A stretch of 64,000 nt of DNA from an uncultured Gemmatimonadales bacterium (GTDB taxonomy: Bacteria; Gemmatimonadota; Gemmatimonadetes; Gemmatimonadales; GWC2-71-9), in the NCBI GenBank assembly GCA_963844035.1, contig CAWJMT010000037.1, forward strand, positions 96,001 through 160,000, read 5' to 3'. Each line of letters opens with the position of its first letter. The first letter of the stretch is position 1. This document shows positions 32,165-41,838 of this stretch, piece by piece. The notes beneath the pieces were generated by a model, which ran no database searches, was not told the origin of the DNA, and worked only from the letters and a program-made list of their open reading frames with translations. The translations under genes were made by a program, and so were the position numbers.

Positions 32165-33454
32165 TCACCCCCGCTGGGCCATCGGGACATAGTCCCGCGC
32201 GTCCTGGCCCGTGAAGACCTGCCGGGGCCGCGCGATGCGCTGCTCCTTGTCGAGCAGCATCTCCTGCCACTGCGCCAGCCATCCGGGCGTGCGTCCGATC
32301 GCGAACAGCACCGGAAACATGGCCACCGGAATGTGCATCGCCTCGTAGATGATCCCGGAATAGAAGTCGACGTTCGGGTACAGTTTCCGGGATACGAAGT
32401 AGTCGTCCTGGAGCGCGATCCGCTCCAGCTCGAGCGCGATATCCACGAGGGGATTCTTGCCCGTGAGGTCGAACACCTCGTCGGCGATCCGTTTGATGAT
32501 CCGGGCCCGTGGGTCGTAGCTCTTGTAGATGCGGTGCCCGAACCCCATCAGCCGCAGCTCGCCGCGCTTTACGCGCTCGATGTACGCGGGAATCTTGTCC
32601 TTCGATCCGATCGCGCGCAGCATCCGGAGCACTTCCTCGTTGGCGCCGCCGTGCAGCGGGCCGTACAGGGCGGCGGCCGCGGCCGCCGTGCAGGAGTACG
32701 GGTCGGCATGCGACGACCCGACGGTGCGCATCGCGCTCGTGGAGCAATTCTGCTCGTGGTCGGCGTGGAGCAGGAACAACACGTCCAGCGCCCGCTGCAG
32801 CGTCGGGTTGGGGACGTATTTTACCTCGGTCGTCAGGAACATCATGTTCAGAAAATTGCCGGAATAGCTCAGCTCGTTGTCGGGGTACGCGTACGGCATC
32901 CCGACCGAATGCCGGTGCGCGAACGCCGCGAGCGTGGGCGTTTTGGCGATCAGGCGGATGATCTGGATGCGGCGCGACTCTTCATCGTGAATGTTCTTCG
33001 CCTCGGGGTAGAACGTGGAGAGCGCCGCCACGGTGCTCACGAACACACCCATCGGGTGCGCGTCGTGATGAAAGCCGTCGATGAATTTCTTGATGTTCTC
33101 GTGAATGAACGTGTGGTGCGTGATTTCGCGCACCCACTGGTCGAGCTGCGCCGCCGTCGGCAGCTCTCCGTGCAGCACGAGGTAGGCAGTCTCGAGGTAG
33201 GTGCTCTTGTCCGCGAGCTGCTCGATGGGGTAGCCGCGGTAGCGGAGGATCCCCTTGTCGCCGTCGATGTAGCTGATGGCGCTGCGGCACGACGCGGTGT
33301 TGATGTACCCCGGGTCGTAGGACAGGAGGCCGGCATCGTCTTCCCGCGCCTTGAGTTGTCGCAGGTCCGCCGCGCGCACGGTGCCGTCCTGAATCGGGAT
33401 CTCGTACTGCTTGCCCGTGCGGTTGTCGGTGATGCTCAGGGTGTCCTTCGGCAC
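32165..33454 (-). CDS. gltA: Citrate synthase
   Basis: 'LHADHEQNCST', 'GPLHGGANE', 'LMGFGHRIYK', 'YPNVDFYSG'. Confidence 0.96.
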   Translation of the reverse strand: MPKDTLSITDNRTGKQYEIPIQDGTVRAADLRQLKAREDDAGLLSYDPGYINTASCRSAISYIDGDKGILRYRGYPIEQLADKSTYLETAYLVLHGELPTAAQLDQWVREITHHTFIHENIKKFIDGFHHDAHPMGVFVSTVAALSTFYPEAKNIHDEESRRIQIIRLIAKTPTLAAFAHRHSVGMPYAYPDNELSYSGNFLNMMFLTTEVKYVPNPTLQRALDVLFLLHADHEQNCSTSAMRTVGSSHADPYSCTAAAAAALYGPLHGGANEEVLRMLRAIGSKDKIPAYIERVKRGELRLMGFGHRIYKSYDPRARIIKRIADEVFDLTGKNPLVDIALELERIALQDDYFVSRKLYPNVDFYSGIIYEAMHIPVAMFPVLFAIGRTPGWLAQWQEMLLDKEQRIARPRQVFTGQDARDYVPMAQRG

Positions 33455-33553
33455 GCACAATTTCCTGGGAGGAGCGTCTGGAAACATAACCATCCCGGAC
33501 GGACCACGACGATCGGTGGCGGCGGGTCGGGGGACCGCAGTATGTTGGCTGGC

Positions 33554-34216
33554 ATGACGACACCCGCCCAACCCCGTCGCGAGAGTCTGTATCCCACGCG
33601 CTCGAGCGCGGGGGCGCTGCTCGGCCAGCAGCTCTCCGCCCGGGGCTATCTGGAGTGCGTGCTCCTCGGCATCACCCCGGAAGGCGTCGAAATCGCCGCG
33701 AACGCGGCCAAGGCGATGGGGGGGAAATTCGACGTCCTAGTGGCGTCGTTCATCCGGCTGGGCTCGAACCTCGCACCCGTAGGCGCGATCGCGGAGTCGG
33801 TCCCGTCGGAGATGGACCCCGACTTCATGCCGTCCGGCAGCCTCATGGACAAGCTGTCGGCCGCCATCGACGAGTCCCGCGCCCGGGTGAGCCAGGACAT
33901 CGTGTTGTACCGGACGCAGCGGCCCGTGCGAAAGCTCTCCGGCCGCGTTGCCGTGATCATCGACGGCCAGGTCATCTGGCCCTGGAAGGTGCTGGCGGCC
34001 GCGAAGGCCGCCACGCAGCTCGGCGCGAAGCAGGTGGTGATTGCCACGCCCGTGGCGACCCAGGAAGCCGCCGAGCGGATCTATGCCCGCCGGCTTGAGT
34101 TCGTCTGTCCCAGCATCGTGATGGACAAGGCCGGCCACCCGTCCCCGTACGGCGATATGGCCGGCGAGACGCCGGAGCGACTGCGGAGCATCATGATTGC
34201 GCATCAGGCAGCCTAA
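33554..34216 (+). CDS. Phosphoribosyltransferase-fold protein with degenerate PRPP loop
   Basis: 'RSSAGALLGQQL', 'VLLGITPEGVEIA', 'LSGRVAVIIDG', 'VVIATPVA' match the PRTase scaffold. Confidence 0.7.
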   Translation: MTTPAQPRRESLYPTRSSAGALLGQQLSARGYLECVLLGITPEGVEIAANAAKAMGGKFDVLVASFIRLGSNLAPVGAIAESVPSEMDPDFMPSGSLMDKLSAAIDESRARVSQDIVLYRTQRPVRKLSGRVAVIIDGQVIWPWKVLAAAKAATQLGAKQVVIATPVATQEAAERIYARRLEFVCPSIVMDKAGHPSPYGDMAGETPERLRSIMIAHQAA

Positions 34217-34223
34217 CTACGAC

Positions 34224-34250
34224 AGGCGGTTAGGCGGTTAGGCGGTTAGG
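34224..34250. repeat. 8-bp tandem array (AGGCGGTT)x3 plus partial unit
   Basis: aggcggtt aggcggtt aggcggtt agg. Confidence 0.9.
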
Positions 34251-34616
34251 TCATTCCGAGACCGGCGGGCGACCGTCTTGTAGAGACCCATCGTCGTCTT
34301 GCCCGCTTCTGCGTGGATCCGTTCGAACTCCTCCCAGGTCACTCGTCGTCATCGAGTCGAGATCGCGAGCCAGTCGCGCGAAATAGGACAGCTCTGAGAG
34401 CGATCCGAGAGCGATATCCAGGAAGCGTCTCAACTCCGCCGGACCACGCTTTGCGACCCCCTCAGCAATGTTCGCGGAAGCGGACGCCGCGGCACGACGC
34501 ATCTGGGAAGTGATCCCGTACAGTTCGGTGTTCGGGAAGGTGCGAGTGACGCGGTAGGTAAGAAGGGTCAAACGATGGCAATGCTGCCACGCGATAAGAC
34601 GCTCGTAGGGCTTCAT
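34238..34616 (-). CDS. Four-helix-bundle protein (23S rRNA IVS protein family), frameshift near 34338
   Basis: 'YERLIAWQ', 'FPNTELYGITSQMRRAAASASANIAEG', 'FLDIALGSLSE'; corrected C-terminus WEEFERIHAEAGKTTMGLYKTVARRSRNDLTA* ends inside the repeat array. Confidence 0.9.
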
Positions 34617-34695
34617 GCCCTGACGATAGCCCGACGACAGAGTCTGAGGCAGTGACCAGAATCACCGCTCGCCTTACCGGAATCATTGCCGTTCT

Positions 34696-34724
34696 CTAAC
34701 CGTCTAACCGCCTAACCGTCTAAC
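34696..34724. repeat. 8-bp tandem array (CTAACCGY)x3 plus partial unit, inverted relative to 34224-34250
   Basis: ctaaccgt ctaaccgc ctaaccgt ctaac. Confidence 0.9.
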
Positions 34725-36599
34725 TCACTCCTTCAGCTCTACTATCCCTTCTTCCAACCACCGATGCTCGCCCCGGAGCACTTCCTGCGCGACGCGGTAG
34801 GTGTGCTGATCTTCGTTGCGCCACAGGCCCTGGAACTTGGCCTTCACGCGTCCCCGTGCCTGCCAGCAGAACAAGTCCGCCAGCTCCACGGCGTGCGCGC
34901 CCTGTGCGGGGTTGCGACGCGCGTCGGCGTGCGCGCGCGCGCAGGTCGCGGCCATCGCGAACAGCTCCGCGCCCACGTCCACGAGACGAAACAGCACCGA
35001 CTGGCGGTACTCGAGTTTCGGGCCAAAGCGCATCATCGCGTGGAACACCCCGCGCGCCAGCCGGCGCGTGCTGCGTTCCACAAACCGCACGTGCCGCGCG
35101 AGCCGTCCGAACTCGTTGTACCTCGGCCAGACGCTCCAGCCGATCCAGCGTGACGGGTACCACCACCCGTAGAAGGCCAGGGCCCGCCCGAGTCCGGTGA
35201 TCCGCTCGCGCGACCGTCTTCCCCGGCATCACCACGTCGCCCGCGGTCGAGAGATGCTTGTCCACCGCCTCGCGGGCGATGAAGAGGTGCATGATCTCGC
35301 TCGAGCCCTCGAAGATCAGATTGATGCGAAAGTCACGCATGACCCGCTCGATCGGGAATCGCGCGCTCCCCGCGCGCGCGGAGCGAGTCCGCCGTCTCGT
35401 AGCCACGACCGCCGCGGATCTGCAGGGCGTCGTCGATGATCCGCCACCCCGCCTCCGAGTTGTATAGCTTCGCGATCGCCGCCTCGAGCCGGATGTCGTA
35501 CCCTCCCTGGTCGGCCTTCGCCCCGCACAGCTCCGCCACTGCTTCCATGGCGATCGTGTTGGCGGCCATCGAGCCGATCTTCTGGGCGATGGCGTCGTGC
35601 TTGCCGATCGGCTGGCCCCACTGCACGCGCTGGCCCGCCCAGGTGCGGCAGATCTCGAGACAGCGCTTACCGGCCGCCGACCGCCGTGATCGGCAGCGTG
35701 AGGCGCCCGGTGTTCAGCGTGATCAGGGCGAGCTTCAGTCCCTTGCCGACGTCCCACAGCACGTTCTCCTTGGGGACGCGGACATTGGTAAAGCGAATCA
35801 CACCGTTGTACAGCGCCTTGAGCCCCATGAAATGGCAGCGGTGCGTGACCTCGACGCCCGGCCAACTCGTCTCGACGATGAAGGCCGTGATCTGCCGCTT
35901 TTCCTTCCCCTTCACGAACGCCGACGGCGTGCGCGCCATGACCACCATCAGCTCGGCCTTGGTGCCGTTGGTGCACCACAGCTTCTCACCGTTCAGGATC
36001 CACGCCTGGCCGTCGTCGGACGGCACGGCGAGGGTTTCCATCGCCGCCGGGTCGGATCCCACGTTCATTTCCGTGAGTGCGAACGCAGAGATGGCTCCCT
36101 TAGCCAGGCGGGGCAGGTACTTCTTCTTTTGGGCATCGGAGCCGAACATTTTGAGCGGCTGCGGGACGCCGATCGACTGGTGTGCCGAGAGCAGGGCGGT
36201 GATGGAGCCATCGACGCTCGACACGAGCTCGATCGCCCGCATGTAGGAGAGCTGGGACAGGCCCAGACCGCCGTATTCGCGCGGGATCTTGATCCCGAAC
36301 GCCCCGAGCGCGCGCAGGCCGTCGATGACGGCGTCAGGAATCTCCCCGTCGCGGTCGATCTGGTCCGAGTCGACCTGTTCGCGCATGAACTTGTCCAGCG
36401 CCGTCAGAAACGGCCGGGCGCGCTGCTCGTCTTCGGGATCTTGTTCGGGATACGGATGGATGAGGTCGGTGCGGAGGTTCCCAAGAAACAGCTCGCGGAC
36501 AAAACTTGGCGCGACCCAATCCTTCTCGCGCGCGGCCTCGGCAACCTCGCGGGCCTGCTCGGCGGAAACCTTGTGCTCTGGTGCGGCAGTAGTAGCCAT
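34725..36599 (-). CDS. Acyl-CoA dehydrogenase (several apparent frameshifts)
   Basis: '[12 protein letters not shown]', '[11 protein letters not shown]', 'LNTGRL', '[10 protein letters not shown]', '[15 protein letters not shown]'. Confidence 0.92.
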
Positions 36600-36615
36600 G
36601 GGTCCCTCCGCCAAT

Positions 36616-37305
36616 CTAACTCGTGAGCGGTCCCCGGAGCACCCGCGGCGACAGGCGGAGCGACGCCGCCACGCCTCCCGCGAGCCCGCCCAGGTGTGCC
36701 CAGTTGTCAGTGTAGGGTGTCATGAATCCCATGAGTACCTGATACACCGCCCACGTTGCAAGGACGACGCCGATCCGCTTGTCGCGCACGAAGAAACGGT
36801 GCTCGTAGCGGTACAAGGTTACGATCACGGCCGCGAGGACACCAAAGATGGCCCCCGACGCTCCCACCGACGGGCCGGGGCTGAACAGAGTGCTCGCGAT
36901 TGAGCCCGACACCCCGCTCGCAAGGTAAATCATTGCCAGGCGGAGCGTTCCGAAAGCGTGCTCGCACGCCATCCCGACGACATAGAACACCAGACAATTG
37001 CCGAGCAGGTGCTCGAACCCACCATGAAGGAACGTGGCGCTGAGGAGCCGCCACCATTCCCCGGCGAACACCCTCGCCTGCACCAGGGCCCCCGCCTGAA
37101 TCAAGTGTTCCTTGCTCGTGAGGGCGTCAGTGGCGATCTCCCAGGCGAACACCGTCACGTTCGCGACGATGAGCAACAGCACCAGCGGCGGCGCGTGCCG
37201 CATGCCGCGTTCGAAGTCCACCCGCCCGTCGGGCCGAACGCTCTGCGCCGGCTTCGACGCGAGCATGTCGGGCGTGATGAGGATCGGCTCTTCTCGGTCG
37301 AGCAC
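36616..37305 (-). CDS. Rhomboid family intramembrane serine protease
   Basis: '[13 protein letters not shown]', 'HLLGN', 'GASG', 'AHLGG'. Confidence 0.93.
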   Translation of the reverse strand: MLDREEPILITPDMLASKPAQSVRPDGRVDFERGMRHAPPLVLLLIVANVTVFAWEIATDALTSKEHLIQAGALVQARVFAGEWWRLLSATFLHGGFEHLLGNCLVFYVVGMACEHAFGTLRLAMIYLASGVSGSIASTLFSPGPSVGASGAIFGVLAAVIVTLYRYEHRFFVRDKRIGVVLATWAVYQVLMGFMTPYTDNWAHLGGLAGGVAASLRLSPRVLRGPLTS

Positions 37306-38195
37306 TACCGGCGCTCACCCGTGTCGAGCATGACCCCCAACGCCAACGCGACACGCCGGTCGAGCGACTTGCCGGTATCGGCTCGCATATCGAGGACGTA
37401 GCGGTCGAGAATCGTGAGCTTGCGGTTGAACTCTCCCACCACGTCGTCCGACCCAGGCCGCACGATGATAAAGTTGGTCCGCAGCAGGCCGAAGAGGGGT
37501 CCCAGCAGGCGCCGGAGCAGCGACAGGATGACCGAGTCTTCCTTGGCCACGAACAGCGTCTGGCCGTTGGTCCCCTTCACGTACCACCGTTTCCGGAACA
37601 GGTTGTAGAGGTAGTTCTTCCACAAGAGCGCCAGCGTACGGCCCGACGCATCGCGAACAGTGTAGGTCGCCGTGATCGGTTGCCACTTCTTGTCCTGCAA
37701 GATTTGCAGCAGCCTTTGGCGCTTCGTCTGGTCGCGGTAGAATGTGACGTGCCGTTTGGCACCCAGGCCGACGCCGACGACGAGGAAGACGACCAGAAAG
37801 GCCACGAAGGCCAGAACGGCGAACAGGCCGGCGAGCGGATCCTCGCGGGGGAACGTGCCACTGATTCCGGCGACGACGACTCCCGCTATGGCCCCCGCCA
37901 CCAGCCCGGCGAGCAGCGCCCCCAGGTTGCGCAGCAGGTGCGCCGGGCGCTCAACGAATACGATCTTGTTGCCCTGCTCGTCGGCGACGTCGTACTTCTC
38001 GCTGATCCTGAGCAGTTGCTGGCGGAGCAGGAAGAGGTCGCGGTCGAACACGGCATCCGCCTGTGGTCGAGCGGCCGCGGCAACCCCCGGCACACGGTTC
38101 TCGGTGCCGCATTGGGGGCATTTGACGGTCCGGCCGGCGAACTCGTCCTTCAGCTCGTAGGAGGTTCCACATTGGCAAACCACGCGGATAGCCAC
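37305..38195 (-). CDS. Zn-ribbon + 2-TM + LURP-one/scramblase-like membrane protein
   Basis: 'VCQCG...VKCPQCG'; 'KYDVADEQG', 'KLTILDRYVLDM', 'DRRVALALGVMLD'. Confidence 0.6.
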   Translation of the reverse strand: MAIRVVCQCGTSYELKDEFAGRTVKCPQCGTENRVPGVAAAARPQADAVFDRDLFLLRQQLLRISEKYDVADEQGNKIVFVERPAHLLRNLGALLAGLVAGAIAGVVVAGISGTFPREDPLAGLFAVLAFVAFLVVFLVVGVGLGAKRHVTFYRDQTKRQRLLQILQDKKWQPITATYTVRDASGRTLALLWKNYLYNLFRKRWYVKGTNGQTLFVAKEDSVILSLLRRLLGPLFGLLRTNFIIVRPGSDDVVGEFNRKLTILDRYVLDMRADTGKSLDRRVALALGVMLDTGERR

Positions 38196-38297
38196 GTTGG
38201 GCCCCTGGGGACTAAGGTCGGCCCCAATATAGGGGTTGGCCACGGCGCCATAGAAAACGTCGCCATGAGCGGCAGGTCGTGTGTATGTTTGTCCCCA

Positions 38298-40802
38298 GTG
38301 CGGTGCACCCTCGGCTTCGTTCTCGCTTTGGTGATTGGCGCCGCCGGCCCTGGCGCGGGGCAACAACTTGCCCCGCCCGGCACCGGCGGCGTTGCGGCGT
38401 TGGTGAACAGCCTCAACGCCCTCGGCGCCGACAAGCGCGTCCTCGTCATCGGCGCCCACCCCGATGACGAGGACAATGCACTGCTCGCCGTCCTGGGGGC
38501 CGGGCTCGGGGCGCGAACCGCGTACCTCTCACTGAGCCGCGGTGAAGGCGGGCAGAATCTCATCGGACCGGAGCTCGGCGCCGATCTCGGCGTGATCCGC
38601 TCGGAAGAGCTGAACGCCGCCAGAAACCTTGACGGAGCCCGCCAGTACTTCACCCGCGCGTTCGACTTCGGCTATTCCAAGACCGCGGAGGAGACGCACC
38701 GGCTGTGGCCCCGCGACTCACTGCTCAAGGACGTCGTCGATGTGATCCGGCGGTTCCGGCCGCAGGTGATCGTCTCGATCTTCTCGGGGACTCCCCGGGA
38801 CGGGCACGGGCAACACCAGATGGCCGGTGAGTTGGCCCGCCAGGCGTTCGATCTGCTCAGGGATTCGAGTTGGGGTCCGACGAAGCTGTATCGCTCCGCG
38901 CGCTCCGACTCAGGCGGCCCGGGCGTCACCCTCCAGGCCGGCCAGCTCGACCCGCTCACCGGCCGGTCGTACTTCCAGCTTGCGGCGGCGAGCCGCAGCC
39001 GGCATCGCTCTCAGGGTGAGGGGCAGGTGGAGCGGACGGGCCCGGCTCCGGTGCGGCTGGCGCTGTTGAAACAGCGCGACACGAGCCGCGCGGCGCGAGA
39101 CGAAGAAGGCCTGTTCGCGGGAGTGGACACGGCGTTGCACGGCGCGGCGGCCTACGTCGCCCTTGTCGATTCAGCGCGCGCCGCCTTGAACCCGCTTCGC
39201 CCCGAAGCAATCCTCCCGCTGCTCGCGCGCGCCGCCGCCGCGCTCGGCAAGGGCACCGGACCGATAGAGACGGAGCAACGCGCGACGCTCGGACGCGCGC
39301 TGGCCGCCGCGGCCGGCGTCGAGGTCGATGGCGTGGCGGACGACTGGGTGGTCGTCGGGGGACAGCGCCTCGAGGTCGAAGCGACCATTTGGAATGCGGG
39401 AACAACCCGCGCCACCTTTGAAGGCGTGCAGCTCGCTGGTCCCGTTGGGTGGATGATCGAGCGGACCGGTGCGGCCGCCGGCCCGCTCGCCGCCGGCGCG
39501 ACGGCGACCAGCCACTTTTCCATGACAGTCCCCTCCGACGTCGAGCGCTCCCAGCCGTACTACCTGCGGCGCCCTCCCCTCTCGGTGGGCGCGTTGTACG
39601 ACTGGTCGGCTGTGCGTCCGGACCTGCGCGGCCTTCCCTTCGACCGCCCCCTGCTCTCGCTCGATTTCCGGATGACGATCGCCGGAGTGCCGGTCACGTT
39701 GACTCGCGAGGTTTCGAATCGCCTCAAGGATCCGGCCAACGGTGAAATCCGCCGCCCACTGCTGGCGGACTGCGCCTTCGACGTCGCCCTGAGCCCCAGC
39801 GTGATCGTCTGGCCAAGCGAAGGGCCGGCGGGCGGACCGCGGCAGATGACGGTGACGGTGACCAACCGGACCCGAGGCCCCGTGGTGGCCGAGGTGACCA
39901 TCACCGCGCCCGGCAGCTGGTCCGTCCCGCCGCCGCTGCGGTTCGCATTCACGCGCGAGGACGAATCGCAGAGCGGGATGGCCACGGTCGCGCCCCCCAC
40001 GCCCGTGGAGCCGGGGCTGGTCCAGGTGGGCGCCGTCGCGGCCGATCGCAGCGGCCGGCGCTGCGAGGGCGGGTCGGTGGTGATCGACTACCCGCACATT
40101 CGGCCGCGGCCGGTGGTGCATCCATCCACGGCCGAAATCCACGTCGCGCGGATCGCGCTGCCCGCGCTGAAGCGTGTGGGATATGTCCGCGGTGCGGCTG
40201 ACCGGGTGCCGGAGGCCTTGGCAGCCGTGGGAGTGCCGGTCGAGATCCTCGGTGGCGACTCGCTCGCGCGGGGAAAGCTGGCGGGCTACGACGCGATTGT
40301 GATCGGCACCCGCGCCTACGAAACGGATCCGGCGCTCGTCGCCAACAACGGCCGCATTCTCGAGTACGCCCGCGGGGGCGGGCTCGTGATCGTCGAGTAC
40401 CAGCAGTACGGTTTCACTCAAGGGGGGTTCGCTCCCTATCCCCTCACCATCGCACGGCCCCATGATCGCGTCACCGACGAGGCTGCGCCGGTCAAGGTGC
40501 TCGATGTGCGCGCGCCGCTGCTTCGCGTGCCGAATGAGATCGGCCCGGCGGACTGGGAAGGATGGGTCCAGGAACGTGGCCTGTACTTCGCGCGCGAGTG
40601 GGACTCCCGCTACACGCCGCTGCTCGAGATGCACGATCCCGGTGAGACGCCGCTCCGGGGCGGGTTGCTGGTGACCCAGGTGGGGGCGGGGACCTATGTC
40701 TACACCGGGCTCGCGTTCTTTCGTCAGCTACCGGCGGGTGTTCCTGGAGCGTATCGCCTGTTCGCGAACCTGCTGGCGCTCCGCCGGACGAATGGGCCGT
40801 AG
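38298..40802 (+). CDS. Secreted PIG-L family deacetylase with NEW3-like and GATase-like C-terminal domains
   Basis: 'AHPDDED', 'RGEGGQNLIG', 'TRAFDFG', 'GHGQHQ', 'WVQERGLYF', 'FFRQLPAGVPGAYRLFANL'; start could be 38265. Confidence 0.88.
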   Translation: MRCTLGFVLALVIGAAGPGAGQQLAPPGTGGVAALVNSLNALGADKRVLVIGAHPDDEDNALLAVLGAGLGARTAYLSLSRGEGGQNLIGPELGADLGVIRSEELNAARNLDGARQYFTRAFDFGYSKTAEETHRLWPRDSLLKDVVDVIRRFRPQVIVSIFSGTPRDGHGQHQMAGELARQAFDLLRDSSWGPTKLYRSARSDSGGPGVTLQAGQLDPLTGRSYFQLAAASRSRHRSQGEGQVERTGPAPVRLALLKQRDTSRAARDEEGLFAGVDTALHGAAAYVALVDSARAALNPLRPEAILPLLARAAAALGKGTGPIETEQRATLGRALAAAAGVEVDGVADDWVVVGGQRLEVEATIWNAGTTRATFEGVQLAGPVGWMIERTGAAAGPLAAGATATSHFSMTVPSDVERSQPYYLRRPPLSVGALYDWSAVRPDLRGLPFDRPLLSLDFRMTIAGVPVTLTREVSNRLKDPANGEIRRPLLADCAFDVALSPSVIVWPSEGPAGGPRQMTVTVTNRTRGPVVAEVTITAPGSWSVPPPLRFAFTREDESQSGMATVAPPTPVEPGLVQVGAVAADRSGRRCEGGSVVIDYPHIRPRPVVHPSTAEIHVARIALPALKRVGYVRGAADRVPEALAAVGVPVEILGGDSLARGKLAGYDAIVIGTRAYETDPALVANNGRILEYARGGGLVIVEYQQYGFTQGGFAPYPLTIARPHDRVTDEAAPVKVLDVRAPLLRVPNEIGPADWEGWVQERGLYFAREWDSRYTPLLEMHDPGETPLRGGLLVTQVGAGTYVYTGLAFFRQLPAGVPGAYRLFANLLALRRTNGP

Positions 40803-41838
40803 GGCTGGCGCACGCGCCTGGGCGGTCGCGCTGGCGCTTTGGGTAGTGGGATGCAGTCGCGATCATCGGACCCCGCTGGTCATCTATTCACCGCACGGCC
40901 GCGACCTCCTCACTCTCTTTCAGCAACGCTTCGAGCAGCTGCATCCCGATGTGGTCGTGCACTGGCTCGATATGGGATCGCAGGAGGTGTACGACCGGCT
41001 GCGGTCCGAGCGGCCCAATCCGCAGGCTGATGTCTGGTTCGGCGGGCCGGGGACGATTTTCGCGCGCGGCGCGCGCGATTCGCTGCTCGAACCGTTCCGT
41101 CCGGGGTGGGCGGAGGCGATCGCGCCGCACGGGCGCGGCCCCGGGGATCTCTACTTCGCCGCGTACCTCACTCCCGCAGTCATTCTCTACGCGACCGATG
41201 CCCTGACGCCCGATCAGGCGCCCCATGACTGGGATGACCTGCTCGATCCGCGATGGAAGGGGAAGGTTCTGATTCGCGATCCCCTCGCCAGCGGGACGAT
41301 GCGCGCGGTGTGGGGCATGATCATCGAACGGGGCCTGCGGATCAGGAACGATACGGCTGCCGGGTTCGGGTGGCTGCGGCGGCTCGACGGACAGACCAAG
41401 GAGTACGTGCTCAACGGCACCCTCCTCAATCAAAAGCTCGTGCGACAAGAGGGCCTCGTCACCATCTGGGATTTGCCGGACGTCCTGTTGAGCCGGCGCG
41501 ACGGCATGCCCATCGGCTACGTGTTCCCGGCGAGCGGGACGCCCGTGATCGAGGATGCCATCGGCGTGGTGCGGGCGGCGCCGCACGCCGCGATGGCGCG
41601 TGCATTCGTGGAATGGGTCGGCACGCCGGAGGCGCAGCTGTTGGCGGCGCGGGACGTGTTCCGGTTGCCCGCACGGCAGGATCTCCCCGAAGACTCGCTT
41701 CCCGAGTGGGCGCGCGGTGTGCGCCGGGAGATGCATGTGGCCGACGTGGATTGGGATGTGCTGGCGGCGCAGGGGGACGAGTGGATGCGGTGGTGGGACG
41801 AGCACGTCCGGGGGCAGGGGAGGGGGAAGGGGAAGTGA
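40792..41838 (+). CDS. ABC transporter substrate-binding lipoprotein (Fe3+/AfuA/thiamine-type family)
   Basis: Lipobox VVG-C; 'ERPNPQADVWFGG', 'PHDWDDLLDPRWKG', 'DPLASGT'. Confidence 0.85.
   Translation: MGRRAGARAWAVALALWVVGCSRDHRTPLVIYSPHGRDLLTLFQQRFEQLHPDVVVHWLDMGSQEVYDRLRSERPNPQADVWFGGPGTIFARGARDSLLEPFRPGWAEAIAPHGRGPGDLYFAAYLTPAVILYATDALTPDQAPHDWDDLLDPRWKGKVLIRDPLASGTMRAVWGMIIERGLRIRNDTAAGFGWLRRLDGQTKEYVLNGTLLNQKLVRQEGLVTIWDLPDVLLSRRDGMPIGYVFPASGTPVIEDAIGVVRAAPHAAMARAFVEWVGTPEAQLLAARDVFRLPARQDLPEDSLPEWARGVRREMHVADVDWDVLAAQGDEWMRWWDEHVRGQGRGKGK

Noticed and set aside
32333..33553. N-terminal extension of the 627-aa ORF over citrate synthase
   Set aside because: Antisense to gltA; the real PRTase-like gene begins near 33542-33554.
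34238..34616. Four-helix-bundle gene as the Avd of a diversity-generating retroelement
   Set aside because: No reverse transcriptase and no template/variable repeat pair with A-specific mismatches in the window.
34224..34724. 8-bp arrays as a CRISPR array or IS terminal repeats
   Set aside because: No spacers, units too short, no cas or transposase gene, no clear target-site duplication.
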